Origin: Thermoguttaceae bacterium
GTDB lineage: Bacteria > Planctomycetota > Planctomycetia > Pirellulales > Thermoguttaceae
DNA length: 64,000 bases
Direction of reading: 5' to 3'
Assembly: GCA_963675935.2 (NCBI GenBank)
Contig: CAXXPV010000007.1
Location: 133,038-197,037 of the forward strand
The notes below the pieces were generated by a model. It searched no databases. It was not told the origin of the DNA and saw nothing but the letters and a program-made list of their open reading frames with translations. Positions within the stretch are counted from its first letter, which is position 1. Each line of letters opens with the position of its first letter. Shown in pieces: positions 9,246 through 19,177 of this stretch. Made by a program: the position numbers and the translations under genes.

Positions 9246-10892
9246 TCACCGCTTCTTCGCCCGCACTTGTTCCTTGATCCGCTGGATGTGGCCCCGGCCG
9301 AGGGCTTTGACTTCGCAGCCCAGCTCGAAGTAGCGGCGAATCCGCTCATCGGAAAGAATGCCGAAACAATCGACGACGGCCAGCGGCCCGCCTGCCCACT
9401 CGACGATCTTCTCGGGCTCGAGGTCGAGATACTGCTCGTGCGGCACGGCCAAAATCAACGCCTCGGCATGATTGAGCGCAGTCGCCAAATCCTGCTGGAC
9501 GCGGATGTCCTTGAGGCCCTCTTGATTGTGGAAGAACTGCGACCACGAATGGCCCGGCGAGGGATAGACGTCCTGCTTCTCCAACTCGAACCAGTGTTCG
9601 AGGTAGGGGTCGTGGACTCGCATCTCGGCGCCCATCTCGGTGAGCTTGCGGACGACCATTTCGGAACCGCTATAGCGGGTGTCGCCCACGTCCTGGCGAT
9701 AGCTGGCGCCGCAGATCAATACGTCGGCCCCGGCGATGTAGCGTCCCATGTTCCGCAAGGCGTCGCGCGTTAGTTCGGCGACGTGCAATGAGCGAGTGTC
9801 GTTGATATCGACCGCCGTCGGGCTGATCTTGAACACCTGATCGCCGTCCTCAAAGCCGAGGATGTGTTTGTAGGCCCAGTAACCCAGTCCGGCGTCCTTC
9901 GGCAGACAGTAACCGCCGATGCCGGGGCCTGGGAAAATCATGTTGCTGTGCGTCGGCCGCATCTTGATCGCCTTGATGACCTTGATCAGATCGACGCCGT
10001 TCCGCTCGGCGAATAGGCTCCACTCGTTCAAAAACGCCAAAATTGTCGCCCGGTACGAATTTTCGACGATCTTCGTGGTTTCCGACTCGATGGGCCGATC
10101 CATCACCGTAAGTGGAAATTGTTCGGTGTTGATGACCTCGCGCAAGAACTTTTCGACCCTTGCTCGGGCATCGGGATTGCAGCCTGAACAAACTCGCCAG
10201 AAATCGCGGATCGACGAGACGTATTCGCGGCCCGGCATCACACGCTCGAAACTGTGGGCCAGAAGCGGCTCGGTCTCAATGCCGCGACCGGCGAACGCTT
10301 TCTTCATGATCGGCCAGGCGACGAACTCCGTGGTGCCCGGCGCCACGGTCGTCTCGATCAACGTCAGGCAGCGAGGCCCAACATTTTGACCAATGGTCCG
10401 CATGGTGGCCTCGAGCGCGCTCATCTCGGCTTCGCCGTCGCGCATGTTGCCGAGTTCATGCTTCGTGTAGTCGCATTGCACGTCGACGACGACGCAGTCT
10501 GCCAGCTTCAGACAGTCGCTGTTGAAGGTGGCGACGAGAGTTTTCTTGTCCTTCACGCACCGGGCGATCATCGGCGCAACCTCGGGGTCTTCGGCCTTCA
10601 CCGGCGACTCGCCGCGGTTGAGCATCGGAATCTTCCAATAGCTGCGTGTGCTGGGTCGCTGACAGCCGATGACGAACTTGCTCGGCCGGCCGGTCTTCCG
10701 ATCAACTGTGTCGGCAATGATGGCGGCCATGACCGCCCCGACGAAGCCGACGCCCATGACCACAACCACCTCTTTGCCCTCGCGCCGGGCTTGATCGGCC
10801 AGCGTCTGAATCCGCACGAATTCCGAGGCGTAGTCGGCTTCGATAGGAAGAGGGAACTTTTCTCCGGTGGAATTTGTTGAATAGGCGGTCAT
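9246..10892 (-). CDS. nucleotide-sugar dehydrogenase (UDP-glucose/GDP-mannose dehydrogenase family, long form)
   Basis: Rossmann motif VVVVMGVGFVGAVMAAIIA, catalytic-Cys region GIGGYCLPKD, and a C-terminal UDP-binding domain. The start is taken at the ATG at 10892; the ORF extends to 10919. Confidence 0.8.
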   Translation of the reverse strand: MTAYSTNSTGEKFPLPIEADYASEFVRIQTLADQARREGKEVVVVMGVGFVGAVMAAIIADTVDRKTGRPSKFVIGCQRPSTRSYWKIPMLNRGESPVKAEDPEVAPMIARCVKDKKTLVATFNSDCLKLADCVVVDVQCDYTKHELGNMRDGEAEMSALEATMRTIGQNVGPRCLTLIETTVAPGTTEFVAWPIMKKAFAGRGIETEPLLAHSFERVMPGREYVSSIRDFWRVCSGCNPDARARVEKFLREVINTEQFPLTVMDRPIESETTKIVENSYRATILAFLNEWSLFAERNGVDLIKVIKAIKMRPTHSNMIFPGPGIGGYCLPKDAGLGYWAYKHILGFEDGDQVFKISPTAVDINDTRSLHVAELTRDALRNMGRYIAGADVLICGASYRQDVGDTRYSGSEMVVRKLTEMGAEMRVHDPYLEHWFELEKQDVYPSPGHSWSQFFHNQEGLKDIRVQQDLATALNHAEALILAVPHEQYLDLEPEKIVEWAGGPLAVVDCFGILSDERIRRYFELGCEVKALGRGHIQRIKEQVRAKKR

Positions 10893-11409
10893 GGAAGTGC
10901 TTCTTCTGGTCCAAGGCAAAAAGACACGAAAACGAACATTTTCACAATTCTACTCCGGAAAATGCAACGCTGTCGCAGCAAATACCATGCCATGGTAGGA
11001 GCGGACTCCAGCTTTGCAGCCAAACAAAGGCAACGGGACCGTTCACGGGCAGACCGGGGACTGGACCATTTTTCGGCAAATAACATTCCGCCAAAAATCG
11101 GCTGGCCTAAACCAGCCCCCCTTCCTGCGAAAACATGGGGTGCATGCCATGTTTCAGCGTGACATAAGGTGTTGTGATAATAGACGTTAGGCTGTGGCAT
11201 AACCCACAGAAGTTTTCCAGCACGGCACGCCTGGGGGGTGTCGTCTTACTTCGTTGCCGATTTTGTGTTTTATCGCCATAACATCTATCCAGCATGTGAG
11301 TTATGGCAATAATACGCACGTGCAATTCAGAGATTTCGCGATTGGTTCGGATTGCCAAAGTTTTTCACTCCGTTTCCACGATTTTGTACGTGGTTTCGAG
11401 GCATATCTC

Positions 11410-11437
11410 TTGACATGTCCGTGCGTTATGTTCTAAT
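11410..11437 (+). promoter_or_regulatory. sigma70-like promoter candidate upstream of the DUF1559 gene
   Basis: TTGACA (11410-11415), 16-nt spacer, TCTAAT (11432-11437), about 70 nt upstream of the ATG at 11509. Pattern match only. Confidence 0.3.
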
Positions 11438-11508
11438 GGATGAAGGGTTGCCTATCGTGGGCGACATCTGTTTCTTGTCTTTATATCTACGTTCGGGGAG
11501 GACAGTTC

Positions 11509-12594
11509 ATGTGTTCTAAGAGAAGTGTGCGAACCGCATTCACGTTGGTCGAGCTGCTGGTCGTTATCACGATCATCGGCATATTGATTGCGTTGTTGCT
11601 TCCCGCGGTGCAAGCCGCCCGCGAAGCGGCCCGGCGCATGAGTTGCACCAACCAACTCAAGCAGCTCGGTTTGGCCCTGCATAACTACGCGCAGGCTAAC
11701 AAGGTCTTCCCGCCGGGAGCCATCTGTGTGGCGAAAACCACGTATGATTATGATGCATGGGGCGAAGCGATGTCTACCAACACTCCTCGTCATGGAACTA
11801 GTTGGATTTTACAGATTCTGCCATTCATTGAAGCCACGACAATGTTCAAGTCTTGGAACTTTAAGCAACCCGCCGCTAGACAAGGAACATTCAACACCAA
11901 TGATCTAGCGAATTCTTCCAATTTGGGCAACAGCGCGGCTGCTCCCGGTCCATCCGCTATGGATGTGAAGGGATTGTACTGCCCAACGCGGCGGAATACG
12001 CTTCGCGCTGAGGACAGTGCAAACACAATGGCGGCGACTTGGATGACGGGCGGCGGAACCGACTACGGCGGATGTGGAGGACGCCACCATTTGCTGGGTG
12101 CGCCAACATCTATATCCTACACGGTTTCTTCCGCCAGTAATCCGGTAATTCCTACTACGTACCTTCCTACCGACAGCATGCAACAGCGAATTGGCATTTT
12201 CGGTCGCGTCAATATCAGCACTGCGTTTGGCGAAATTAAGGATGGCACGTCGAACACCATCATGATCGGCGAGTTGCAGAGGATCACCGATACAACGCAG
12301 ACGGCGAATATGTCGAAAGATGGCTGGTCCATTGCCGGTTGCCCGACATTATTTGGAACAGGCAACATGTACAAGCAGGATCCATCTACGGGCAAGTGGT
12401 CCGGGACGATGGCCGGTGATGGCAAGGTGATGAACAACTATTTCTACGGCTCTCCCGGCAGCGATCATGCCAATGGCGCTAACTTCGGTCTTGGCGATGG
12501 TTCGGTGCGATACTTTGCCACCGATATGGAATGGGCGGTTTTTGCGTTGATGGGAAGCATGGCCGATAAGACTGCCGTGCAGCCGCCTCAATAG
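11509..12594 (+). CDS. DUF1559 domain protein with prepilin-type N-terminal cleavage/methylation domain
   Basis: [53 protein letters not shown] is the stereotyped planctomycetal DUF1559 N-terminus. The C-terminal end GDGSVRYF is also typical. SD ggggagga lies before the ATG at 11509. Confidence 0.85.
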   Translation: MCSKRSVRTAFTLVELLVVITIIGILIALLLPAVQAAREAARRMSCTNQLKQLGLALHNYAQANKVFPPGAICVAKTTYDYDAWGEAMSTNTPRHGTSWILQILPFIEATTMFKSWNFKQPAARQGTFNTNDLANSSNLGNSAAAPGPSAMDVKGLYCPTRRNTLRAEDSANTMAATWMTGGGTDYGGCGGRHHLLGAPTSISYTVSSASNPVIPTTYLPTDSMQQRIGIFGRVNISTAFGEIKDGTSNTIMIGELQRITDTTQTANMSKDGWSIAGCPTLFGTGNMYKQDPSTGKWSGTMAGDGKVMNNYFYGSPGSDHANGANFGLGDGSVRYFATDMEWAVFALMGSMADKTAVQPPQ

Positions 12595-12621
12595 TCGTTT
12601 AACGCAGAGATAATTTGACGT

Positions 12622-12658
12622 GTTGGGGTGGCAGTTCAACTGCCACCCCAACTTTTTT
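12622..12658 (+). terminator. rho-independent terminator (copy 1 of a duplicated module)
   Basis: Stem gttggggtggcag, loop ttcaa, stem ctgccaccccaac, followed by tttttt. It lies 28 nt after the stop at 12594. Confidence 0.75.
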
Positions 12659-12918
12659 ATGCGCTGCCTGCAACATTGTGAAGTAGACCCGACTCCCGCC
12701 ACGACCGCAAAAGCTCGGTCGGTCCTTTGCAAACGGGCTCCCGCAGAAACCGAGTGTGCCCCGGCAAAAAATGCTTGCAATTGGGCCAGCCCTTGTGCTA
12801 AAGTCCCATCAATCAGGACGGGCTGGCCGAGAGATGCGGACAAGCTCGACAGCCCGGTAGGCCAGATGTGGTGCCAACTGTTCCCATTCGTCCGCGATCT
12901 TTAGGGGAGAGTTCAGCG

Positions 12919-13755
12919 ATGGATAATTCAACTGAAATGATTGACCGTGTCGAAAATTGCGATGATTATGCTTCTGCCGGCATCTGGTGCCATGAAACGG
13001 CTTGCGTCGTCCAACCCTCGACAATTGGCCAGAATACCAGTATTGGGCCCTATACGCATGTCATGGCGGGCGCTTCCATCGGAGCCAATTGCCAAATCGG
13101 CCGGAATGTCGTCATTGCTTCCAAGGCGGTTATCGGCGACGGCGTCTTCATTGGGCATAACGTGGTGATCGAGGACGGTGTGCGGCTGGAGTCTGGTGTG
13201 TATTGTGGAGCTGGCGTCGTGTTAACCACGCGGGCCAGACCGCGGAGCGAACGGCTGAGCGGAAAACCATGTGAATCCGCACACAAGGAAGACAGCGAGT
13301 TCATTCCGTCCTACCTTGCCATCGGCCGCCCAAAGCCGATCGGCTTGCGCGAGGTCGCACCATCCTGCGCCGGCATTGATGATGGCTGCCCAAAAGCGAT
13401 CGTCGTGCGCGAGGGCGCGACCCTGGGAGCCAACGCGACACTTATCGGCGGTATTACGGTCCATGATTATGCAATGGTCGAAGCTGGGGCCGTGGTTACC
13501 AATGATGTGCCCCGCTACGCTGTAATGAGCGGCACCCCTGCAAATCGAACCGGATGGCTTTGCCGCTGTACCGAAAAAAGTCTCAACTTTTCTGGCTGCG
13601 TGACGACGGTGTGCCCTGCTTGTTATCGACATTACCGAATGAGTAATCCTGGGCCAGAGGAGTATTCGCCCGGGGAAGAGCGAAACAACCACCATACTAG
13701 CTCTTTCAAGTTCCTAACTCGCGCAAACAAGAAATCACAGCCCATAAAATGTTAG
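12919..13755 (+). CDS. left-handed beta-helix (hexapeptide repeat) sugar N-acetyltransferase, WbpD-like, with internal insertion and C-terminal Cys-rich ribbon
   Basis: Hexapeptide runs IGPYTHVMAGASIGANCQIGRNVVIASKAVIGDGVFIGHNVVIEDGV and GATLGANATLIGGITVHDYAMVEAGAVVTNDVPRYAVMSGTPA. C-terminal GWLCRC...CPACYRHY. ATG at 12919 preceded by aggggaga. Confidence 0.7.
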   Translation: MDNSTEMIDRVENCDDYASAGIWCHETACVVQPSTIGQNTSIGPYTHVMAGASIGANCQIGRNVVIASKAVIGDGVFIGHNVVIEDGVRLESGVYCGAGVVLTTRARPRSERLSGKPCESAHKEDSEFIPSYLAIGRPKPIGLREVAPSCAGIDDGCPKAIVVREGATLGANATLIGGITVHDYAMVEAGAVVTNDVPRYAVMSGTPANRTGWLCRCTEKSLNFSGCVTTVCPACYRHYRMSNPGPEEYSPGEERNNHHTSSFKFLTRANKKSQPIKC

Positions 13756-13832
13756 CTCCTCATTGGACCGTTAAGTCGCAAACTTTTTTGTGCGCGTGTG
13801 ATTTTTGCATTAGATTTCAACAACTTTAGCAC

Positions 13833-13872
13833 GTTGGGGTGGCAGTGTTGAACTGCCACCCCAACTTTTTTT
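13833..13872 (+). terminator. rho-independent terminator (copy 2 of the duplicated module)
   Basis: Stem gttggggtggcag, loop tgttgaa, stem ctgccaccccaac, followed by ttttttt. Both copies are followed by atgcgctg. Confidence 0.75.
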
Positions 13873-14631
13873 ATGCGCTGTCCGCGTCATCACGGGACAG
13901 GACAGAGTCGCACGAGGACGCATCAGTCCTCATGGGGGGGCATATCCGTCGCTTGACAATCCATGAATATTCAATCAGACTGAAATAGTCCGGGTGGGCG
14001 GGGGGGCAAAATTTTGGGCGGAACATCCTTGTGCGATTTTTTCTCGCACATCCACGACTGCCCGCGAAATTACCTCCCAAACCCCACGATGGTGGATCGA
14101 CGGATCCTTCATCTGGTCTGGCCTTATCAAGGAAAATAACGCTATAATCGCATATTTATCGCTTTCGCGAATCGCTGTTCCCTGGACTGAAACAGGGCAG
14201 TCTAGTGTTGGCAAAGTGTGAAACAAACGATACAAACAGTCTTTTGGCGGGGGACGAATGTCACCCACGGGAACGGAGTGTGCGCCGACAGTTCGTCGGA
14301 CAACCTCTTGCGTCGCGGGAAGGGGACATGTCCAAGTTTCCGGCCAGCAGTTTGCCCGCGAAATACGTCTCTTGGCTGAAAAACGGATCAGTCCCCAGTC
14401 GGCACGTGAACGGTTGGAATATGGCTCAAAATTACTTCCCGCTTTTCACCCATCCGCCCGGCACAAGTGCCGGGGCTAAACGGGTCAATGGGAAAGTTGT
14501 TTGCCCCCCAATCCTTATCTCGAAAAACGTGAACTTTCGATTCGCACGGCTCGTCCAACTGTTTTGTACCTTGCGCGGTCGGCCCGATTGGCCGTGCGAG
14601 GCATAAAAACAAGGATCGCACCAAGACATTC

Positions 14632-16788
14632 ATGACCGAATCGTTCAATCCGTATCGCAAATGGCTTGGGATTCCGGAACAGGATCAGCCGGCGAACCAC
14701 TATCGCCTCTTGGGCGTTGAACTATTCGAGTCCGATCCCGACGTGATCGCCAATGCCGCCGACGGCCGGATGGCCCAGCTCAAGAACTATCAGGCGGGCA
14801 AATACTCCCAAGATTCCCAGCGTATTCTCAACGAGATCGCCGCCGCGAAAATCTGCTTGCTTAACCCGGCGAAGAGGGCGGAATACGATCGGAAATTGAA
14901 GCAGATCGTGGCGGCGAAAGGTTCAGACAATGAAGAGATGCGTGATGGGACAAGCGCCGAAGTGGTTTTCCTGGAATTCGCGCCCCGCTCGGCGTTGTCG
15001 TCAATGCCTCGCGCCAGTCGCTGGCATTCTCGCTGGCAGCTTCCATTGATTCTTGGGGGAGCATCCGTTTTATTAATTACCGCAATGGCATTCTGGATGC
15101 GAGAGAACGTCGGCGACACATCGTCCGAGCACGTCCGCGCATCATTGCCCAGCCGGGATAGCACGGCTTTGACGAAGCCGGCCCCCACAGACACCCCCCC
15201 AAAGTCTGCGACGTCCAAAGAGCCTGTGAAGAGCAGCCCGCCGGCGAAGCCGGCGTCAGACCAGGGAAAGAAGCCGGAAAAGCCCCAAGAGGCGCCGACC
15301 AAGCAACCGCCAAGCGAGCCGATCCCTAAGAAGCCGGTCCCACCCGTTAAACCGACCGAGCCAAAAGAAACGCCGTCTCCGGAGCCGGCGGCCGGTCCGA
15401 AGCAATTGGCCGTGCCAAGCGAGGCCGAGCAACAAGCGGCCGAGGCCAAGATACGCGAGATTTTCGGCCGTGAACTTGCCGCGGCGAAGACCGCCGATCA
15501 GAAGCTTGATCTGGCCGCGAAGCTGTCGAAACAAGGGCATGCCACCGCCGACGATCCGGCCGTTCGATACGTGTTGCTGCGCATGGCCGGTGAATGGACC
15601 GCCGGAGCGGGCGAATTGGGAGAAGCCCTCGACATCGTCGATCAGATGCGCGACGGCTATGACATGGACGCCTTGGGCATGAAAGCCGATCTGTTGGCGA
15701 AGGCCGTCGAGGCGAACCGTGCGGCCGGGAAGGGCGAGTCGCACGTTGGGGCAACCATCGACGCCGCCATGACGATCGTGGACGAGGCGGTTGCGGCCGA
15801 CGAATTTGAGACGGCGAGCCGCGCGGGCCGGCTGGCCGTCGCTACGGCTCGCGCCGCCAAGGATACGCAATTGACCCGAGACATGACGACCCGCTTGCGT
15901 GAAGCAGATCGTCTGAAACTCAAGTATTCCACGGTGAAAAAGGCGATCGACTCGCTGGCCGTCAATCCGGCTGACGCCGACGCCAACCTGGCCCTGGGGC
16001 AATGGCGCTGTTTCACAAAGGGCGATTGGGCGAAGGGCTTGCCGCTGTTGCGAAAAGGCTCGGACGCGAACTTGGCGAAACTGGCCGAGCAAGATTTGAC
16101 GCAGCCCAAGGAGGCGGCGGATCAGATCGCGCTGGCCGATGCGTGGTGGGCACTGTCGGAAAGCGAACAAGGCCCGGCGAAGACCGCGGTGCAGACCCAT
16201 GCCGCCCACTGGTACAAGCAGGCCCTTCCACGGCTTCCCAGTCTCGACAAGCTGAAAGTGAAAAAGCGGTTGGAGTCGTTGGCGGCCGCAAGAGAAGCGA
16301 AAAAACAACACGTCGCGTCGTCGTTGTCGGGCCGCGGCGTCGTGCAGAAAGGCAATGTCGCCCTGGCATCCCACGGTTCCAAGGTCAGCGGCATCCAGGA
16401 GCATCCAGAGTATCTCTGTGACGGCGTAACACAGGCTTATGGCTCACCCGAAACTTATGTCCAGACGTCCTTCGGTCAATGTCCATGTGAATGGATTATT
16501 ACGCTCGACAAAATCTATCAATTGCGGGAAATCCGGTTCTTGCTATGGGACAAGAAAGAGCGATATTACACCTACACGATATCCACATCGATTGATGGCA
16601 AGAATTTCACGCCCCTGGTGGACCACAGTCGGGGTCAGTGGTCGTCTTGGCAGAAGATACAGTTCCCACCCAAGCCGATAAAGCAAATTAAACTGACGGG
16701 ATTGTCCAACAGCGGAGCAAAGTTCTTCGCGGTCATCGAATTGGAAGCGTACTGCATCCCGCCAGCATCTTCCGGAAAACAACATTGA
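14632..16788 (+). CDS. membrane protein with N-terminal J-like domain lacking HPD, Pro/Lys-rich linker, helical repeat region and C-terminal discoidin (F5/8 type C)-like domain
   Basis: N-terminus NPYRKWLGIP...HYRLLGV...AKRAEYDRKL is J-domain-like, but no HPD tripeptide is present. TM segment LPLILGGASVLLITAMAFW. The C-terminus (...IRFLLWDKKERYYTYTISTSIDGKNFTPLVDH...FFAVIELEAY) resembles discoidin/carbohydrate-binding domains. Confidence 0.65.
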   Translation: MTESFNPYRKWLGIPEQDQPANHYRLLGVELFESDPDVIANAADGRMAQLKNYQAGKYSQDSQRILNEIAAAKICLLNPAKRAEYDRKLKQIVAAKGSDNEEMRDGTSAEVVFLEFAPRSALSSMPRASRWHSRWQLPLILGGASVLLITAMAFWMRENVGDTSSEHVRASLPSRDSTALTKPAPTDTPPKSATSKEPVKSSPPAKPASDQGKKPEKPQEAPTKQPPSEPIPKKPVPPVKPTEPKETPSPEPAAGPKQLAVPSEAEQQAAEAKIREIFGRELAAAKTADQKLDLAAKLSKQGHATADDPAVRYVLLRMAGEWTAGAGELGEALDIVDQMRDGYDMDALGMKADLLAKAVEANRAAGKGESHVGATIDAAMTIVDEAVAADEFETASRAGRLAVATARAAKDTQLTRDMTTRLREADRLKLKYSTVKKAIDSLAVNPADADANLALGQWRCFTKGDWAKGLPLLRKGSDANLAKLAEQDLTQPKEAADQIALADAWWALSESEQGPAKTAVQTHAAHWYKQALPRLPSLDKLKVKKRLESLAAAREAKKQHVASSLSGRGVVQKGNVALASHGSKVSGIQEHPEYLCDGVTQAYGSPETYVQTSFGQCPCEWIITLDKIYQLREIRFLLWDKKERYYTYTISTSIDGKNFTPLVDHSRGQWSSWQKIQFPPKPIKQIKLTGLSNSGAKFFAVIELEAYCIPPASSGKQH

Positions 16789-18107
16789 CGCCTGTTTTAC
16801 TCAGAAGTTTATATAAGTCAAAGACGGTTCACACCATTGCCGTCATCACCAGCGGCAATTTAATTGCCACGGTAATCGGGGCCGTAGGTTCGGTGGTGCA
16901 AGTGCGTTACGTTGTGCCGGAGGACATGGGAATCCTCCGCACGTTTGCAATTCTTGTTGGCTATCTGACGTTCCTGCACTTGGGAGTCTTCGATGGCCTG
17001 CAGCGTGAGATTCCCTATCAGTTGGGCCGTGGCAACGGAACAAAAGCCGAAGAAGCGGCTTCCGCGTGTTTGGTGTGGATCAAGTTCGTATCTCTTGCCG
17101 GAGTGGCGTTGTTTTTGGCTCTTGCGTTATGGAGCGGTTTTGAAGGCGAATGGATGTTCTTCTGGGGATGGCTCTCCTTCTTGCCGATTATCGTCGCAAC
17201 ATTTTATGGCGGGTATCTTGCGACGACATATCGAACAGGCCAGCAATTCATCATGCTGACGAAAGCGACGCTATGGCAAGCCATTGCGGGGTGTCTGGTT
17301 TTGCCACTTCTGCCCGTATTAGGATACTACGGAGCTTGTCTTCGGGCGTCGGTCGGGTCCATCACCTTCTTATATCTGCTTCATCACTGGCGTCCTCTTA
17401 GGGTTCGCTCCCACTTCAATCGGTCGGCCTTCTTCGAGATTTTGCGCATCGGCCTCCCGCTAAGCGTCACCGGATATGTCGCCACGTCGTTGTGGTATGC
17501 GGTTGAAAGCACATTGGTGTTGGAGATGTTTGGGCTTTATTCTCTCGGGCTGTTTTCGCTCGCCGTTCTCGTTCGGGGCCTGATCGTTCAAGTTGCCCAG
17601 AACACAAATCAGATCATGAACGTAAAAATATGCGAGCAGTATGGACGTTCCCATCGCATCGAGGATTGCTTTCGATTGGCTTTAAGGCCATTGACGCTCG
17701 CCCTTTTAGCGTCGGCGCCGCTGATTGCGATTGGTTGGTTCGCGACTCCTCCCCTGGTGAAGATTGTGGCGCCAAAGTACATTGAGGCCACTTCCATAGC
17801 GCAATGGATGTTATTAACCCTGCCGCTCAGTTTTCTTCAAGTGATGCGGCTGGTTGTGCGAGCGGCGGGCCGCTGGATCGATTGCGCTATCTCCGACGCC
17901 GTCGGATTACCGATATTTATCGGCAGCTCTTACCTGCTGTATTATCTTGGCTATGGCGTCGAGAGCGTCGTGTTCGGCAGTCTGCTGGGCTTGTTTATCA
18001 GTCTGGCGACTACCATATTTCTAGTACGACGACTGGTGCGTCGAGAAATATCTGGTTTTCCAAACGCTGAGGAGTCGATTCTTTGTCTGTCATTAAGAAA
18101 AGTCTGA
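16785..18107 (+). CDS. polysaccharide flippase (Wzx / MOP superfamily-like), multi-pass membrane protein
   Basis: About 12 hydrophobic segments and about 440 aa, in glycan-locus context. The TTG start overlaps the upstream stop; the start is uncertain. Confidence 0.6.
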   Translation: MTPVLLRSLYKSKTVHTIAVITSGNLIATVIGAVGSVVQVRYVVPEDMGILRTFAILVGYLTFLHLGVFDGLQREIPYQLGRGNGTKAEEAASACLVWIKFVSLAGVALFLALALWSGFEGEWMFFWGWLSFLPIIVATFYGGYLATTYRTGQQFIMLTKATLWQAIAGCLVLPLLPVLGYYGACLRASVGSITFLYLLHHWRPLRVRSHFNRSAFFEILRIGLPLSVTGYVATSLWYAVESTLVLEMFGLYSLGLFSLAVLVRGLIVQVAQNTNQIMNVKICEQYGRSHRIEDCFRLALRPLTLALLASAPLIAIGWFATPPLVKIVAPKYIEATSIAQWMLLTLPLSFLQVMRLVVRAAGRWIDCAISDAVGLPIFIGSSYLLYYLGYGVESVVFGSLLGLFISLATTIFLVRRLVRREISGFPNAEESILCLSLRKV

Positions 18108-18997
18108 AGAAGATCGATTGGCTTCGCAATGCCTACTCGCAGTCCCGCCAGTTCTATTGGAAGGTTCTGTACGCGGCGTTTCCAGCTTTGATCAGCAAGC
18201 ATCTGTACCGAAAGAGGATGGGTAAGGCTCTAAATCTGAAGAATCCCCGGGATTTCAATGAAAAACTCCAATGGATGAAGTTGTATTGGCGAAATCCCTT
18301 GGTAGTTCGATGTGCGGATAAATACGAATCGCGAGAATACGTCAAGTCATGCGGATGTGCGAATATATTGAATCCGTTAATCGGGGTGTACAGCAAGGTT
18401 TCCGAGATCGACTGGGAGCGGTTGCCCGATAAATTCGCGATCAAATGCACTCATGGATGCTGTTACAATGTCATTTGCGACGACAAGACCAAGCTGGACA
18501 AGAACCACACGCTTACCCAGCTTCATCGGTGGACAAACACCACGTACGGGCTGGATTCTGCGGAGATTCACTATTTCCGGATAACGCCGCGAATCATTTG
18601 CGAGCGTTATATTGAAACGGATTCGGGGTTGTTGCCCGTCGATTATAAGATGTATTGTTTCAATGGCAAACCCGCATTAACGCTGGTATGCACAGATCGA
18701 AGCACCAAACTAAAGTTGCACTTCATGGACTTGAATTGGCAGAGGATGGACATCGGGGCTGAAAGTTATGGCGACACGGACGTGCCAAAGCGACCGGCTT
18801 GTTTCGACGCCATGATCAAGTACTCCGAAATATTGTCCCGTCCATTCCCCTTTGTGCGAATCGACTATTACGACTTTCAGGGGGAGCCAATCTTCGGCGA
18901 GATGACGTTCACGCCAGCTGCCTGCATGGCGAAGTACTACAATGAGGCGGGCTTGAAGCAACTGGGAGACATGATGCAATTGCCCGGTAGGGCTTGA
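18083..18997 (+). CDS. TupA-like ATP-grasp family protein (glycan-modifying amidoligase-like)
   Basis: LNLKNPRDFNEKLQWMKLYWRNPLVVRCADKYESREYV, KCTHGC and DYKMYCFNGKP match the TupA-like ATP-grasp family seen in capsule/teichuronic loci. Putative TTG start at 18083. Confidence 0.65.
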   Translation: MSVIKKSLKKIDWLRNAYSQSRQFYWKVLYAAFPALISKHLYRKRMGKALNLKNPRDFNEKLQWMKLYWRNPLVVRCADKYESREYVKSCGCANILNPLIGVYSKVSEIDWERLPDKFAIKCTHGCCYNVICDDKTKLDKNHTLTQLHRWTNTTYGLDSAEIHYFRITPRIICERYIETDSGLLPVDYKMYCFNGKPALTLVCTDRSTKLKLHFMDLNWQRMDIGAESYGDTDVPKRPACFDAMIKYSEILSRPFPFVRIDYYDFQGEPIFGEMTFTPAACMAKYYNEAGLKQLGDMMQLPGRA

Positions 18998-19177
18998 GCG
19001 TTGCTGGACACATGACATCTATGGCGGCACACATGACGACCTCGCATACTGTTGCGACGGAGGGAGGCTTGAGAATGTTTCCGCTGGCCAACAGGATTGG
19101 TGTGGTTTTTGTTAGAGAGAAACAAATGGCAACGCCAAGCCTTTATCGGCAGGACTTTTTTTAAAGGCCAACGCTGA

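Noticed and set aside
13873-14631. Hidden gene, riboswitch or sRNA in the 760-nt gap upstream of the J-like gene (ORFs 13975..14268, 14205..14606, and others)
   Set aside because: The short ORFs have no motifs, poor starts and mutual overlaps, and I could not recognise any known RNA family by eye. The gap is left unannotated and mentioned only as a long leader.
14632-14900. Calling the N-terminus a functional DnaJ J-domain
   Set aside because: The diagnostic HPD tripeptide is absent, so only a J-like annotation is justified.
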